NCBI GenBank assembly: GCA_964474445.1
Contig: CAYYSJ010000007.1
Location: forward strand, 3,112-67,111
Origin: an uncultured Gammaproteobacteria bacterium
GTDB taxonomy: Bacteria > Patescibacteriota > Microgenomatia > Levybacterales > UBA12049
Length of the DNA: 64,000 nucleotides
Direction of reading: 5' to 3'
How positions within the stretch are numbered: position 1 is the first letter of the stretch; every line of letters starts with the position of its first letter. Below are positions 21,204 to 31,867 of this stretch, in pieces. The position numbers were made by a program, and so were the translations under genes. The notes under the pieces are model-generated. The model saw nothing but the letters and a program-made list of their open reading frames with translations, was not told the origin of the DNA and searched no databases.

Positions 21204-23104
21204 AAAAAAGATTAGCTTTTATATCAGAGCATGCATCTCCCCTAGCCGCATTAGGAGGAGTTGATAGCGGAGGACAAAATTTATATGTAGACCAAGTAGC
21301 CAAGCATCTTTCAATGTTAGGGTATGAAATTGATATTTTTACGCGTTGGGATAATCACCAACTTCCTAAAGTGATTAATTATCAAAATGGCATACGTGTT
21401 ATTCATATAAAAGCAGGTCCTGTCCAATACATTAAGAAAGAACTGCTCCTTTCCTATATGCATGAGTTTACTATAGAGATGTTACGGTTTATTGAGGAAG
21501 AGGAACTTACCTATAAGTTAATCCATGCTAACTTTTTTATGTCAGCACTTGTTGCTTCAGAAATAAAAAAGGAACTTCGAATTCCCTTCGTTGTCACATT
21601 CCATGCATTAGGAAAAATACGACGTATGTATCAAGGTGACAAAGATACATTTCCCGATACGCGATTTACTATCGAAAAAGAAGTATGCAACAGTGCGGAT
21701 CAAATTATCGCAGAATGTCCCCAAGATAAAGAAGATCTCATGTATCACTATCATGCAAGCCAAGATAAAATAAGCATTATACCTTGTGGATTTGATCCAA
21801 ATGAGGTATACCCTCTTGATAAACATCTTGCAAAAATCACCATAGGACTTGATCCTCACAAGAAATATATTTTGCAACTAGGTCGTATTGTCCCCCGAAA
21901 AGGTATTGATACTGTTATTGCTTCATTTGCAAAACTTCGTAAAAAAACACAAGGACAAGTAAAACTACTCATTGTTGGAGGAGAATCTGATGAGCCAAAT
22001 TCTTCTATTACTCCCGAAATTGGAAGACTACAAAACATTGCGAAAGCATTACATGTTGCAACAGATGTCATCTTTTTAGGGAGACGATCACGTGAACAGT
22101 TAAAATATGTATATAATGCTGCTGATATCTTTATCAGTGTCCCGTGGTATGAGCCATTTGGTATCACTCCTCTTGAAGCAATGGCATGCGGAACACCAGT
22201 GATTGGTTCTCGTGTTGGAGGAATAAAATTTAGTGTTATCGATGGAAAAACCGGTTTTTTAGTAGAACCACATGATACAGAAATGCTTGCAACAAAAATG
22301 CAGGAATTGTTAACAAATGAAAAGCTTGGAAGATCTTTCTCAGAGAATTCGCTAAAAAGAGTTAATGAATTCTTTACATGGAAAACTGTTGCATCAATGC
22401 TTTCAACAATCTACGAAAAAATTCTTTACTCCCAAAAACTTTCTGTTCAACAATATAATGAACAATCAGATATTGTAGACAGAAACTTTGAAGTACTCAT
22501 AACAACTGTTCAACGGTCTCAACAAAAACTGCGACTGTCCATTGTTCATACAACCCGAATTTTGTATACGTGTTTACAAAATGATGGAAAGATACTGATT
22601 TGTGGAAACGGAGGAAGTGCGACAGATGCTCAACATTTTGCAGGAGAACTCGTTGGCAGATTTAAAATAGAAGATAGACTTGCCCTCCCTGTCCTTTCCT
22701 TAACAGCAGATTCATCAATATTAACAGCAATAGGCAATGACTATTCATTTGAGAATATTTTTGCAAGGCAAGTTGAAGCATATGGGAAACCGGGAGATGT
22801 CCTTATTGCAATTAGTACAAGTGGTAATTCAAAAAATATTATCAATGCTCTCAAGACAGCGAGAGAAAAGGACCTTATCTGTATCGGATTTACAGGCAGA
22901 AGCGGTGGAAAGATGATAGATGATTGTGATATTTCACTTGTTGTCCCTGCAGATCAAACTTCCCTCATCCAAGAAATTCATACGCACCTGATTCATTCGA
23001 TATGTGAACTTATTGAAAAACAACTGTTTTACTCTCATGAACAATCACTATCTAAATCTAAAAAAAATATAAACGATACAATGCCAGTGGCAAAAAATGG
23101 ATAA
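21200..23104 (+). CDS. GT4 (MshA-like) glycosyltransferase fused to SIS phosphoheptose isomerase (GmhA-like)
   Basis: ISEHASP..GGQN, EPFGITPLEAMACG; C-terminal CGNGGSA.DAQHFA.EL, STSGNS, IQEIH. Confidence 0.92.
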   Translation: MKKRLAFISEHASPLAALGGVDSGGQNLYVDQVAKHLSMLGYEIDIFTRWDNHQLPKVINYQNGIRVIHIKAGPVQYIKKELLLSYMHEFTIEMLRFIEEEELTYKLIHANFFMSALVASEIKKELRIPFVVTFHALGKIRRMYQGDKDTFPDTRFTIEKEVCNSADQIIAECPQDKEDLMYHYHASQDKISIIPCGFDPNEVYPLDKHLAKITIGLDPHKKYILQLGRIVPRKGIDTVIASFAKLRKKTQGQVKLLIVGGESDEPNSSITPEIGRLQNIAKALHVATDVIFLGRRSREQLKYVYNAADIFISVPWYEPFGITPLEAMACGTPVIGSRVGGIKFSVIDGKTGFLVEPHDTEMLATKMQELLTNEKLGRSFSENSLKRVNEFFTWKTVASMLSTIYEKILYSQKLSVQQYNEQSDIVDRNFEVLITTVQRSQQKLRLSIVHTTRILYTCLQNDGKILICGNGGSATDAQHFAGELVGRFKIEDRLALPVLSLTADSSILTAIGNDYSFENIFARQVEAYGKPGDVLIAISTSGNSKNIINALKTAREKDLICIGFTGRSGGKMIDDCDISLVVPADQTSLIQEIHTHLIHSICELIEKQLFYSHEQSLSKSKKNINDTMPVAKNG

Positions 23105-23112
23105 ACAAACGA

Positions 23113-23835
23113 ATGGAAACGTTGAAAAATAAAATTATTCTTATTACAGGTGCAGGACAAGGACTTGGTGAAGCAACAAGTCGAGTACTAGCAAAAGAGG
23201 GTGCAATTATCCTGGCTGCTGATATTCAATATGAATTAGTTGTTTCACTCATTGAGGATCTTATTGCACAAGGGTATCAAGGTGAAGCGTTTCATCTTGA
23301 CGTAACAAACGATGACTCTATACAAAAAGTGCTTGACACTATTATGAATAGTTATGGACATATCGATGTTTTAATTAATAATGCGGGGATCGATGTAACC
23401 AAGCCTATTGAAGAAATAGCGATTGAAGAATTTGACCACATTCTTTCGGTCAATTTACGAGCACCATTTATATTATCAAAGTCTGTTCTTCCTTTTATGA
23501 AACACTCTGGAGGGAGTATTGTCAATATTATTTCTACAGCAGCAAAACGTGCATGGGTAAATGCTTCTGCTTATCATGCAAGTAAATGGGGATTATTAGG
23601 ACTCTCCTATGCATTACATGTTGAAGGAAGAAAAAAACATATTAGGGTTTCAGCTGTTGTTGCAGGAGGGATGAAGACACCTTTTATTTTAAACCGTTTT
23701 CCTGATACACCGCTTGAGGTGTTACAGAACCCTGAAAGAGTTGCTGAAATCATTAAGTGTGTGCTTTTGGTACCTGAAGAATCAGTCGTCCCTGAAGTAA
23801 TGGTGCTTCCTATGCAAGAAACATCATGGCCATGA
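23113..23835 (+). CDS. SDR-family oxidoreductase
   Basis: TGAGQGLG, NNAG, YHASK. Confidence 0.92.
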   Translation: METLKNKIILITGAGQGLGEATSRVLAKEGAIILAADIQYELVVSLIEDLIAQGYQGEAFHLDVTNDDSIQKVLDTIMNSYGHIDVLINNAGIDVTKPIEEIAIEEFDHILSVNLRAPFILSKSVLPFMKHSGGSIVNIISTAAKRAWVNASAYHASKWGLLGLSYALHVEGRKKHIRVSAVVAGGMKTPFILNRFPDTPLEVLQNPERVAEIIKCVLLVPEESVVPEVMVLPMQETSWP

Positions 23836-24398
23836 TTATGAAAAAAGCAATTTTTATTGATAAGGATGGGACACTGATTACCAATGTTCCTTATAATGTA
23901 GACGTTAATAAAATACAACTCGTGAATGATGTTGGACCAAGTCTCCTGCGTCTTTCCCAACATGGATATCTGTTTGTTGTCATAACAAATCAGTCCGGCA
24001 TTGCAAAAGGATTATTTACCGAAGAACAGCTATCTCCTGTTTTTCAAACAATACAAGCACTTTTAGATGCATTTCATGTAACTCTTGCTGGGTTTTATTA
24101 TTGTCCACATCATCCTCAGGGGACTATCAGTTCGTATACAAAGACTTGTTTTTGTCGCAAACCTTTACCTGGTCTTCTTTTCCAAGCAGCATCTGATTTA
24201 CACATAGACATTTCTTCCTCATGGATGATTGGGGATATGCTAACAGACGTTGAAACTGGAAATAAGGCAGGGTGTAAAACGATATTGCTCCACAATAGTA
24301 ATGACATAGAAGAAGATATATCTCCTCATAATATTCCCTATTACATAGCACCAACCTTTCGCGACATCGTTGACGCAATACTTCTATCAGAGAAGTGA
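23826..24398 (+). CDS. gmhB: D,D-heptose 1,7-bisphosphate phosphatase (HAD IIIA)
   Basis: FIDKDGTL, TNQSG, CPHHP..CFCRKP, IGD. Confidence 0.88.
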   Translation: MAMIMKKAIFIDKDGTLITNVPYNVDVNKIQLVNDVGPSLLRLSQHGYLFVVITNQSGIAKGLFTEEQLSPVFQTIQALLDAFHVTLAGFYYCPHHPQGTISSYTKTCFCRKPLPGLLFQAASDLHIDISSSWMIGDMLTDVETGNKAGCKTILLHNSNDIEEDISPHNIPYYIAPTFRDIVDAILLSEK

Positions 24399-24428
24399 CT
24401 ACAATCGATACACCCAATTATATACTGT

Positions 24429-25913
24429 ATGATTCGTGATTTTTCGACAATATTAAAAAAAATTGAAAACCTATCCTTTATTGTTATAGGAGATGCCATG
24501 TTAGATGTGTATATACGAGGACTTTCGCAAAGACTCTCTCGAGAAGCGCCAGTCCCCATTATCGCAGTTGAGGATAGGCAAGAGCGTGCAGGAGGAGCAG
24601 CAAATACAGCCATTAATGTGGCACAATTCGGCGCTCATTGCTATTTTATGTCTACAATTGGAGAAGATCCCGAAGGAGACAGTCTTATACAGATACTAGA
24701 TAGCAATGGTGTTCATACAGAAACTCTAATAAGGGAAAACAAAAGAACATTAAGCAAACAAAGAGTATGCGCTCAAGATCAACAACTCGTTCGATTTGAT
24801 TATGGAAATGATAAAAAAATTAACAAAAGCACAGAACACAAGTTGATTACAGCTCTTTCACAACTTCACCAGCAATGTGATGGTATTATTATTTCTGACT
24901 ATGAATATGGAACGATAACAGAAGCTATTAGAGAGGAACTCTACTCTCTCCAAAAAATATTAAAGAAAATTATTGTCGTCGATGCAAAACACCCTCAGAA
25001 ATATTCACTTCTCTCTCCAACACTCGTAAAACCAAATTTTGCTGAGACCATGGATCTTTTACAAATAAAGGACTATCCAACAACAAACAGAATAGCTTTT
25101 ATAGATTCCTATAAAGACCAAATCCTTGAAAAAACAGGAGCATGTATCGTAGCAGTAACACTTGATAAAGAAGGGAGCATTGTCTTTCAGCAAAAAAGTA
25201 ATTCATATCAAATACCAACCACTCCAATGGATAATGCAAAAGCTGCTGGCGCTGGTGATACATATACCGCAATGTTTGCACTTTCACTTGCGGCACAGGG
25301 AGAAATTTTTACTGCAGCGCATGTAGCAGCAGTAGCAGCAGGAATTGTTATCCAGAAAGATCTTACTGCAATTTGTACAAAATCAGATTTGTACTTTTAC
25401 TACTATTCACAACAAAAACAACTTCAGTATTCAGACATGCCACAATTTATACAGTCTATAAGAACACAGAAAAAACGGATTGTGTTCACAAATGGTTGTT
25501 TCGATATTATTCACAGCGGACATATTACCTATTTACAAGAAGCAAAAAATCTTGGCGATATATTAATTGTAGGACTCAACACTGATGAGAGTGTCAAAAG
25601 GCTCAAAGGAAAAGAACGACCAATTAATACATTACTAGATCGCATGCATGTCTTATCTGGGCTAGCAAGTGTTGATTATGTTATTCCATTTGCAGAAGAT
25701 ACTCCTATTGCTCTTATCAAAAAAATTTGTCCAGATATTTATGTAAAAGGGGGAGACTATACAAGAGAAACATTACCTGAAGTACCAATTGTAGAACGTT
25801 TGGGAGGACGACTCGAGATTATTCCTTATGTAAAAGACCATTCCACAACAAACATTATTCGACAGATACAAGAAAAAACATCTGGAAAATCTATGTTACA
25901 TTCTTATGAATAA
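24429..25913 (+). CDS. hldE: Bifunctional heptose-7-P kinase / heptose-1-P adenylyltransferase
   Basis: PfkB GGAAN and GAGDT; FTNGCFDIIHSGH, VKGGDY, HSTT. Confidence 0.93.
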   Translation: MIRDFSTILKKIENLSFIVIGDAMLDVYIRGLSQRLSREAPVPIIAVEDRQERAGGAANTAINVAQFGAHCYFMSTIGEDPEGDSLIQILDSNGVHTETLIRENKRTLSKQRVCAQDQQLVRFDYGNDKKINKSTEHKLITALSQLHQQCDGIIISDYEYGTITEAIREELYSLQKILKKIIVVDAKHPQKYSLLSPTLVKPNFAETMDLLQIKDYPTTNRIAFIDSYKDQILEKTGACIVAVTLDKEGSIVFQQKSNSYQIPTTPMDNAKAAGAGDTYTAMFALSLAAQGEIFTAAHVAAVAAGIVIQKDLTAICTKSDLYFYYYSQQKQLQYSDMPQFIQSIRTQKKRIVFTNGCFDIIHSGHITYLQEAKNLGDILIVGLNTDESVKRLKGKERPINTLLDRMHVLSGLASVDYVIPFAEDTPIALIKKICPDIYVKGGDYTRETLPEVPIVERLGGRLEIIPYVKDHSTTNIIRQIQEKTSGKSMLHSYE

Positions 25914-27000
25914 AGATTGGCGACTGGTTCGCAATATACTCTGTATTCGTCCTGACAATATGGGAGATGTCATTATGACTCAACCCGCACTTCGAGCACT
26001 TAAAGAATCACAACAAGAGGTACATATTACTCTGCTCACATCAGATATTGGAGCAAACATTACTCCATATATTCCAGAAATTGATAAAACAATTGCATAC
26101 AATGTCCCATGGGTAAAAGCTTCTGGTACCGACGTACCCCAATTATCTTCTCTTATCCAAACTCTTAGCAAAGAGCAATTTGATGCAGCTGTTATTTTTA
26201 CGAATTTCAGTCAAAGTGCACATCCTTCTGCTGCTATTTCTTTACTTGCTCATATCCCTAAGAGATTGGCATATTCACGCGAACGTGTGTATGATCTCCT
26301 GACAGATTGGGTAGCTGATACAGAACCCTTTACTCCTCTTATACATGGTGTAGAAAGAAACCTAAAATTAGTAGCGACGATAGGTGCAACAACAATAAAT
26401 ACCAATCTTTCCTTAAAAATTCTGTCAGAAGATTTTCAAAATCTTTTAACACTTCTTTTTCAGACGAGCCTTGACTTAACAAAACCGTGGGTCATTATTC
26501 ACCCGGGAGTAGAAGATAAAAAAAGACAATTCCCTGTTGGACGTCTTGCAGAAGTAGCGCGCCTACTCATCCATAAGGGATATCAAATACTTTTGACAGG
26601 CACTCAAAAAGAAGAACAACAAATACATCACATGCAACAGCTTCTCCAAAAAAGAGCAATTAACCTTGGTGGAAAACTATCATTAGGGGAATTCCTCGGT
26701 CTTTTAAGAATTTCTCCTTTAGTAATAGCGAATAATACTGGAGTCGTTCATATGGCTGCAGCACTCAACACACCAGTTATCGTTTTATATGCAAGAACAA
26801 ATCCAGAACATACTCCATGGAATGTTAAAAGTTATGTTTTTTATTTTGACACATCGTCGAGCCTAAAAAGTAAGGTTCCTCTACTCTCATACATCGCACC
26901 GCATGATCAAATCCCTTTGCCAAAAGCAATGGAAATTCTTGAAGCTGCTTTAGCGATATTAGCATCGTATACTCATTCACCGAACTTCCAATTTTTATGA
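25906..27000 (+). CDS. GT9 glycosyltransferase
   Basis: RPDNMGDVIM, HPG, NNTGVVHMAAA. Confidence 0.9.
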   Translation: MNKDWRLVRNILCIRPDNMGDVIMTQPALRALKESQQEVHITLLTSDIGANITPYIPEIDKTIAYNVPWVKASGTDVPQLSSLIQTLSKEQFDAAVIFTNFSQSAHPSAAISLLAHIPKRLAYSRERVYDLLTDWVADTEPFTPLIHGVERNLKLVATIGATTINTNLSLKILSEDFQNLLTLLFQTSLDLTKPWVIIHPGVEDKKRQFPVGRLAEVARLLIHKGYQILLTGTQKEEQQIHHMQQLLQKRAINLGGKLSLGEFLGLLRISPLVIANNTGVVHMAAALNTPVIVLYARTNPEHTPWNVKSYVFYFDTSSSLKSKVPLLSYIAPHDQIPLPKAMEILEAALAILASYTHSPNFQFL

Positions 27001-27800
27001 AAAACGTAACTGTCCTTATACCTACACTCAATAGAACAACATCACTTGCAGTAATGCTGATGAGTATTGTTTTTCAAACCTACACTAACTTTGATGTAGT
27101 GATTTCAGATCAAAGTGACACGAACAGTCCTTTTGAAGACCCTACTATCCAAACAGTTATTCGTCTTTTCAGGCAAAAAAATCATACAGTACATACTCTT
27201 GTTAACCTCCCGAAATATGGAATAGCACAACAACGGCAATTTCTTCTGGATCATGCTCATACGTCATATAGTCTTTTTCTTGATGATGATCTTATTCTCG
27301 AGCCATATGTCTTAGAAGGCATGGTGAAAGTTATTGAAAAGGAAAACTGCGGTTTTGTAGGACGTGCTCCTATTGGATTAAGTTTCTATAATGATGTTCG
27401 TTGTCAAGAAGAACATATTCGCTTTTGGAAAGGGAAAGTGAAACCTGAAACAGTATCACCAAATACCTCAAAGTGGAACCGGCATCGTATTCATAATGCA
27501 GCAAACATTCTGCACATCGAAGAGAAACTGGGCATTACCTATGAGAAGCAAAAGACATATAAGATTGCATGGATTGGTGCTTGTGTATTATATGATACAG
27601 AAAAATTAAAAAAAACGGGAGGATTTTCTTTTTGGAAAAAACTACCTTCAGCTCATTGCGGAGAAGATGTCTTGGCTCAACTTAGGGTGATGAAAAAGTA
27701 CGGCGGATGTGGCATACTTCCTTCAGGAGTCTATCATCAAGAAGTACCAACAACACTTCCTTCCAGGGATATTAATGCTCCTGAATTTATCAGCGTATGA
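26997..27800 (+). CDS. GT2 glycosyltransferase
   Basis: LIPTLNR, SDQ, FLDDD, GED. Confidence 0.9.
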   Translation: MKNVTVLIPTLNRTTSLAVMLMSIVFQTYTNFDVVISDQSDTNSPFEDPTIQTVIRLFRQKNHTVHTLVNLPKYGIAQQRQFLLDHAHTSYSLFLDDDLILEPYVLEGMVKVIEKENCGFVGRAPIGLSFYNDVRCQEEHIRFWKGKVKPETVSPNTSKWNRHRIHNAANILHIEEKLGITYEKQKTYKIAWIGACVLYDTEKLKKTGGFSFWKKLPSAHCGEDVLAQLRVMKKYGGCGILPSGVYHQEVPTTLPSRDINAPEFISV

Positions 27801-28519
27801 AATTTGTACCCTATACAATTATTGATAAACAGCAAGAATTGGAAGATACCTATATTATTCGTTTAGCGCCTTTGTATAAAAATATTTTTGATTTTTTAGC
27901 AGGGCAATATTGTTATCTTCTTAATCCTACCTACAAAGATCCAAAAGATCCTCATCCTTTCTCCATTGCATCATCTCCATTCCAACGAGACTATTTAGAA
28001 TTTTGCGTTAAAACATATGGAGAGTGGACTACGTCATTTGTCAAAAAATCAGTAGGAAAAGAAGTCCTTGTCTCAGACCCTTTAGGAGAATTTACTTGGT
28101 CACGTGATATCTCATATGCTGTATTTCTTTTAGGAGGCATCGGTATCGCGCCTATTATGTCTATACTCAGAACTCTCGCAACATCTCACAGTTCCATTCC
28201 ACTAACGATACTTTATGGAAACCGAAACCCAGGAACAATTGCATATAAGAAAGAACTGGAGGAGCTTACGAAGCACCTTGCCTTAAACATCATCCACATT
28301 TTTTCAGATAGTGATATCCATTCTTTGGGGAATGAATATCAAGGCTTTATTACAAAAGAGATACTTCTCAAAGAAGTTAACTTTACAAACAAATCTACTT
28401 TTTTTATTGTCGGTCCACCGATCTTTGTTGAGAAAATGAATACCATTCTTTCTGACATGCACATTACAAAACAGCAACAAAGACAAGAGCTGCTTGCCGT
28501 TCTTTCTGTACCTGTATGA
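27797..28519 (+). CDS. FAD/NAD(P)-binding ferredoxin-reductase-type oxidoreductase
   Basis: HPFSIAS, GGIGIAP, YGNR, VGPP. Confidence 0.88.
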   Translation: MKFVPYTIIDKQQELEDTYIIRLAPLYKNIFDFLAGQYCYLLNPTYKDPKDPHPFSIASSPFQRDYLEFCVKTYGEWTTSFVKKSVGKEVLVSDPLGEFTWSRDISYAVFLLGGIGIAPIMSILRTLATSHSSIPLTILYGNRNPGTIAYKKELEELTKHLALNIIHIFSDSDIHSLGNEYQGFITKEILLKEVNFTNKSTFFIVGPPIFVEKMNTILSDMHITKQQQRQELLAVLSVPV

Positions 28520-28537
28520 GTAAAAAGCCAATATTGC

Positions 28538-29587
28538 ATGCCAAAACATACTCTTCATGATGTTAAAAAAATCGCTTTGTTGCGAGCAAATGCATTAGGT
28601 GACTTTTTTTTCGCTTACCCTGCACTGTGCGCATTAAGAAATGCCTATACAGATGCAGAAATTGTCTATTTAGGCAAACCTTGGCATAAAGAATTTCTCG
28701 AGTCACGAATATCTCCTATTAATCGTGTTATTGTTGTTCCTCCTAGCATAGGTGTGCGAGAAGAAAAAGACTATCTATGTAGCAAAGAAGAACTAGATAT
28801 CTTTTTTGCTGAGATGAAAAAAGAACATTTTGATCTTGCCATACAAATGCATGGAGGGGGAAAGTACTCAAATCCATTTATTTTGAAACTTGGAGCAAAA
28901 ACCACCGTAGGACTGAAAACACCTGATGCATCACCCCTTGATATATCGATCCCCTATGATTTGTATCAAAATGAATTTCTAAAATATTTAGAAGTTGTTG
29001 GATGCATTGGGGCAGTAACAAAAAATCTTCATCCTCTGCTTTCTGTTACCAAAACAGATCTCTCCCTCGCAAAAGACTATGTCCCTTCGAAACCTTTTAT
29101 TGTTATGCATCCTGGTGCATCCGATCCTCGAAGGAGATGGCCGGAAAAATACTTTATTGAAATAGGAGATATCCTTTCAAGAAAGGGGTTCAGCATCATC
29201 ATAACTGGCACAGAAGCTGAAAAAGAGATTGCTGCACATATTATTTCTCGTATGCAAAAAAACGCAATTAACTTATGTGGAGCTAGTAACCTCAGTACTC
29301 TTACTGGAATTTTGGCTCTTTCACAGCTTGTCATTTCCAATGATAGCGGCCCCCTGCACCTTGCTGATGCTGTGGGAGCAAGAACCGTTGGAATATATTG
29401 GGTTGGAAATGCGATGAACAGTTCTCCTCTTATTCGTGCTGGTAAAAAAGTCTTGTTTTCCTGGACGCTGTTGTGTCCTTTCTGTCATACAAACTGTATT
29501 GAGAAAAATTGTGGACATGAAGTTTCTTTTGTAGAAGATATCAAACCAAAACAAGTCATCGAAGCTGCATACCAATTGTTACAGTAA
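28538..29587 (+). CDS. GT9 glycosyltransferase
   Basis: RANALGD, HPGASDPRRRWP, SNDSGPLHLA. Confidence 0.92.
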   Translation: MPKHTLHDVKKIALLRANALGDFFFAYPALCALRNAYTDAEIVYLGKPWHKEFLESRISPINRVIVVPPSIGVREEKDYLCSKEELDIFFAEMKKEHFDLAIQMHGGGKYSNPFILKLGAKTTVGLKTPDASPLDISIPYDLYQNEFLKYLEVVGCIGAVTKNLHPLLSVTKTDLSLAKDYVPSKPFIVMHPGASDPRRRWPEKYFIEIGDILSRKGFSIIITGTEAEKEIAAHIISRMQKNAINLCGASNLSTLTGILALSQLVISNDSGPLHLADAVGARTVGIYWVGNAMNSSPLIRAGKKVLFSWTLLCPFCHTNCIEKNCGHEVSFVEDIKPKQVIEAAYQLLQ

Positions 29588-29591
29588 GTAC

Positions 29592-31541
29592 TTACTCATA
29601 TCCTCTTTTTTGCAGCTGAAAAAATTGAGCATATAATCCGTACTTGTCTAAAAGTTCTTGGTGAGAACCTTGTTCGATAAGTTCTCCTTTCTCTAACACA
29701 TAAATTTTATGCGCCATTCTTACGTTTGAAAATCTATGTGAAATAAAAAGAAGGTTTTTTGTTTTGTAAAGCTCTTTCAGCTTATCAAAGATTTTCACTT
29801 CTCCATCCGGATCTATTGCGCTCGTTGGCTCATCGACGATCAGTATTGGAGCATCTCGAAAAATTGCTCTTGCAATTGCAACCTTTTGCCACTGTCCACC
29901 AGATAATTCAACACCACTATCAAACCATCTTCCAAGAACTTGTTGATATCCTTTTGGCAAAAATCGTAGAAGATCTTCACTATGAGAATGTTTGAGAGCG
30001 TTTTCTACTTCTTCTCGTTTTTGCTCTCTACTTTCCATTCCCTTTAATTTTTCAAGATTTCCAAACCAAATATTTTCTTCAAGACTCAAATAATACTTTG
30101 CAAAGTCCTGAAATAACACGCCAATATGCTGGTACCAATGTTCTATATCAATATGTTTTAAATCAACCCCATCAACAAGAATTCTTCCATCTGTTGGATC
30201 ATAGAATCGAAAAAGCAATTTAATCAGTGTACTTTTCCCTGCTCCATTATGACCAACAATTGCAGTATCTTGTCCTTTTTCGATAACCAAATTGATATTC
30301 TTTAATGAGTAAGCTTCTGCTCCTGGGTACTTAAAACTAACATTGTCAAAAATAATTTGACGAGGTCCAATCGTATCAAAATATTTTGGGTTATCTGGAA
30401 TAAATGTTGTATTTTTTATATCAAGTAAATTGAAGTAATCTTCTAAATAAAGGCTGTTTTCGCTGACGGCTCCAATATTAATAAGAATACTGGAAATTTG
30501 TCCAGAAAATGTAAAAAGGATATTAAGGAAAAAGGTAAAATCACCGATAGAATACGCTTTTGTATCAACACCGGAGATAAAATGAGTCAAAGCAAAATAA
30601 ATAGCAATAGGAATAAGAATAAAACTTACGGTAGAAAGAAGAGAATAAAGAGCAATTGGTTTTTGATAATCTGCAACCATCTTTTTTTGAAGCTCCTCAG
30701 TTTTTTGAATAAAGTGATCCCCTAATCCATAGATTTTCATTTCTGAAAGTGTTTGAAAATTTGTGAAGAGAGATTTCAAATACCAAACATAGTTTGCTCC
30801 TGACGCATTTTTTGTTTGTGCAGACCAAGCGATATTTCCATATTTCGCGCGAAGATAATAGACAGGTGTACAAATAACTGCAAGCATAACAAAATATATC
30901 GGACTAAATTTTAATGCAATAAGTAAAGAAAATACTAATGCAGCAATGTTATACACAATTGCATTTAATGTATGAAGAATTTCTGGAAGTCTCACTGTGT
31001 AATTATTCTCAACCTTTGCAATAAGATTACGTACTTCTCCTTTTTCAAGATTAGTAAAATCCATATCCCCCAGTTTTTTCATAAAAAGGCGTGTAAGTGC
31101 ATCTTGCAGCTTTGCCTTAACAAAATAATCAAAATAATACTGATTGAAGGTAAAGTTAACAAATCGGGATAAATATTCAAAGAAAAGATACGTCCCTATG
31201 ATAATAAATAATGAATTTCCAGGTATAACACCAGCATTATGCGCAACCTGATCGATCATCAACTTATAGAGAAAATACACACCAAAAAGAAGTGATGCAC
31301 CCAAAGCGGCTGTACTAAAATATGAAATAAAAAGAATCTTGTCTTCTTTAAAAGAAATGAGGAGTAAACGCCAGATATTTGAGATAAATTTTCTTGACGA
31401 GTGTTTCTTCTTTGAGAAATGTTCTTTTTTTTTCCTCAGCGTATTATAAAGGATGGGCAGGACAGACATACGTTTTGTATTTTGGATGGCCATTGTAACA
31501 ACGAATTTTGGTAATTGCAAGCAAGCACCAAACCATTTCAA
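29592..31541 (-). CDS. ABC exporter, fused TMD-NBD (true start probably ~31493 or 31469)
   Basis: GHNGAGKST, LSGGQWQ, VDEPTS, ISHR; N-terminal TMs. Confidence 0.92.
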   Translation of the reverse strand: MKWFGACLQLPKFVVTMAIQNTKRMSVLPILYNTLRKKKEHFSKKKHSSRKFISNIWRLLLISFKEDKILFISYFSTAALGASLLFGVYFLYKLMIDQVAHNAGVIPGNSLFIIIGTYLFFEYLSRFVNFTFNQYYFDYFVKAKLQDALTRLFMKKLGDMDFTNLEKGEVRNLIAKVENNYTVRLPEILHTLNAIVYNIAALVFSLLIALKFSPIYFVMLAVICTPVYYLRAKYGNIAWSAQTKNASGANYVWYLKSLFTNFQTLSEMKIYGLGDHFIQKTEELQKKMVADYQKPIALYSLLSTVSFILIPIAIYFALTHFISGVDTKAYSIGDFTFFLNILFTFSGQISSILINIGAVSENSLYLEDYFNLLDIKNTTFIPDNPKYFDTIGPRQIIFDNVSFKYPGAEAYSLKNINLVIEKGQDTAIVGHNGAGKSTLIKLLFRFYDPTDGRILVDGVDLKHIDIEHWYQHIGVLFQDFAKYYLSLEENIWFGNLEKLKGMESREQKREEVENALKHSHSEDLLRFLPKGYQQVLGRWFDSGVELSGGQWQKVAIARAIFRDAPILIVDEPTSAIDPDGEVKIFDKLKELYKTKNLLFISHRFSNVRMAHKIYVLEKGELIEQGSHQELLDKYGLYAQFFQLQKRGYE

Positions 31542-31564
31542 AAAGCAGTCTCTTCAAAAAATGT

Positions 31565-31738
31565 CTACATTTTTAACAGCTCAAATACCCTATACATAAG
31601 GAAAGCAGGCCAAAAAATTGCTTTAAAAATCCCTATAATTCCAAGCAAAAAAGATGTTGCATGTTGTAAGTAGTATACGAGCACTCCAAAAAAAGCAATG
31701 CCATATATCCCTCCTCCTATTGCACTATTCTGTTTCAT
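31565..31738 (-). CDS. Small two-TM hypothetical protein (57 aa)
   Basis: GGAGGTG RBS ahead of ATG at 31738; GGIYGIAFFG...KAIFWPAF. Confidence 0.7.
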   Translation of the reverse strand: MKQNSAIGGGIYGIAFFGVLVYYLQHATSFLLGIIGIFKAIFWPAFLMYRVFELLKM

Positions 31739-31840
31739 GCATATCACCTCCTCTCCTTGAGATAATATATCATATATCTCACTCTGTTCTTCTTTACTCA
31801 TGATTTTTCTTTCACCTTCTTTACATCTTTACTAACTCTA

Positions 31841-31859
31841 GCTGTTACTAAGTAACAGC
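31841..31859. promoter_or_regulatory. Perfect 9-1-9 inverted repeat between divergent small genes
   Basis: GCTGTTACT-A-AGTAACAGC. Confidence 0.5.
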
Positions 31860-31867
31860 ATAGAAAC

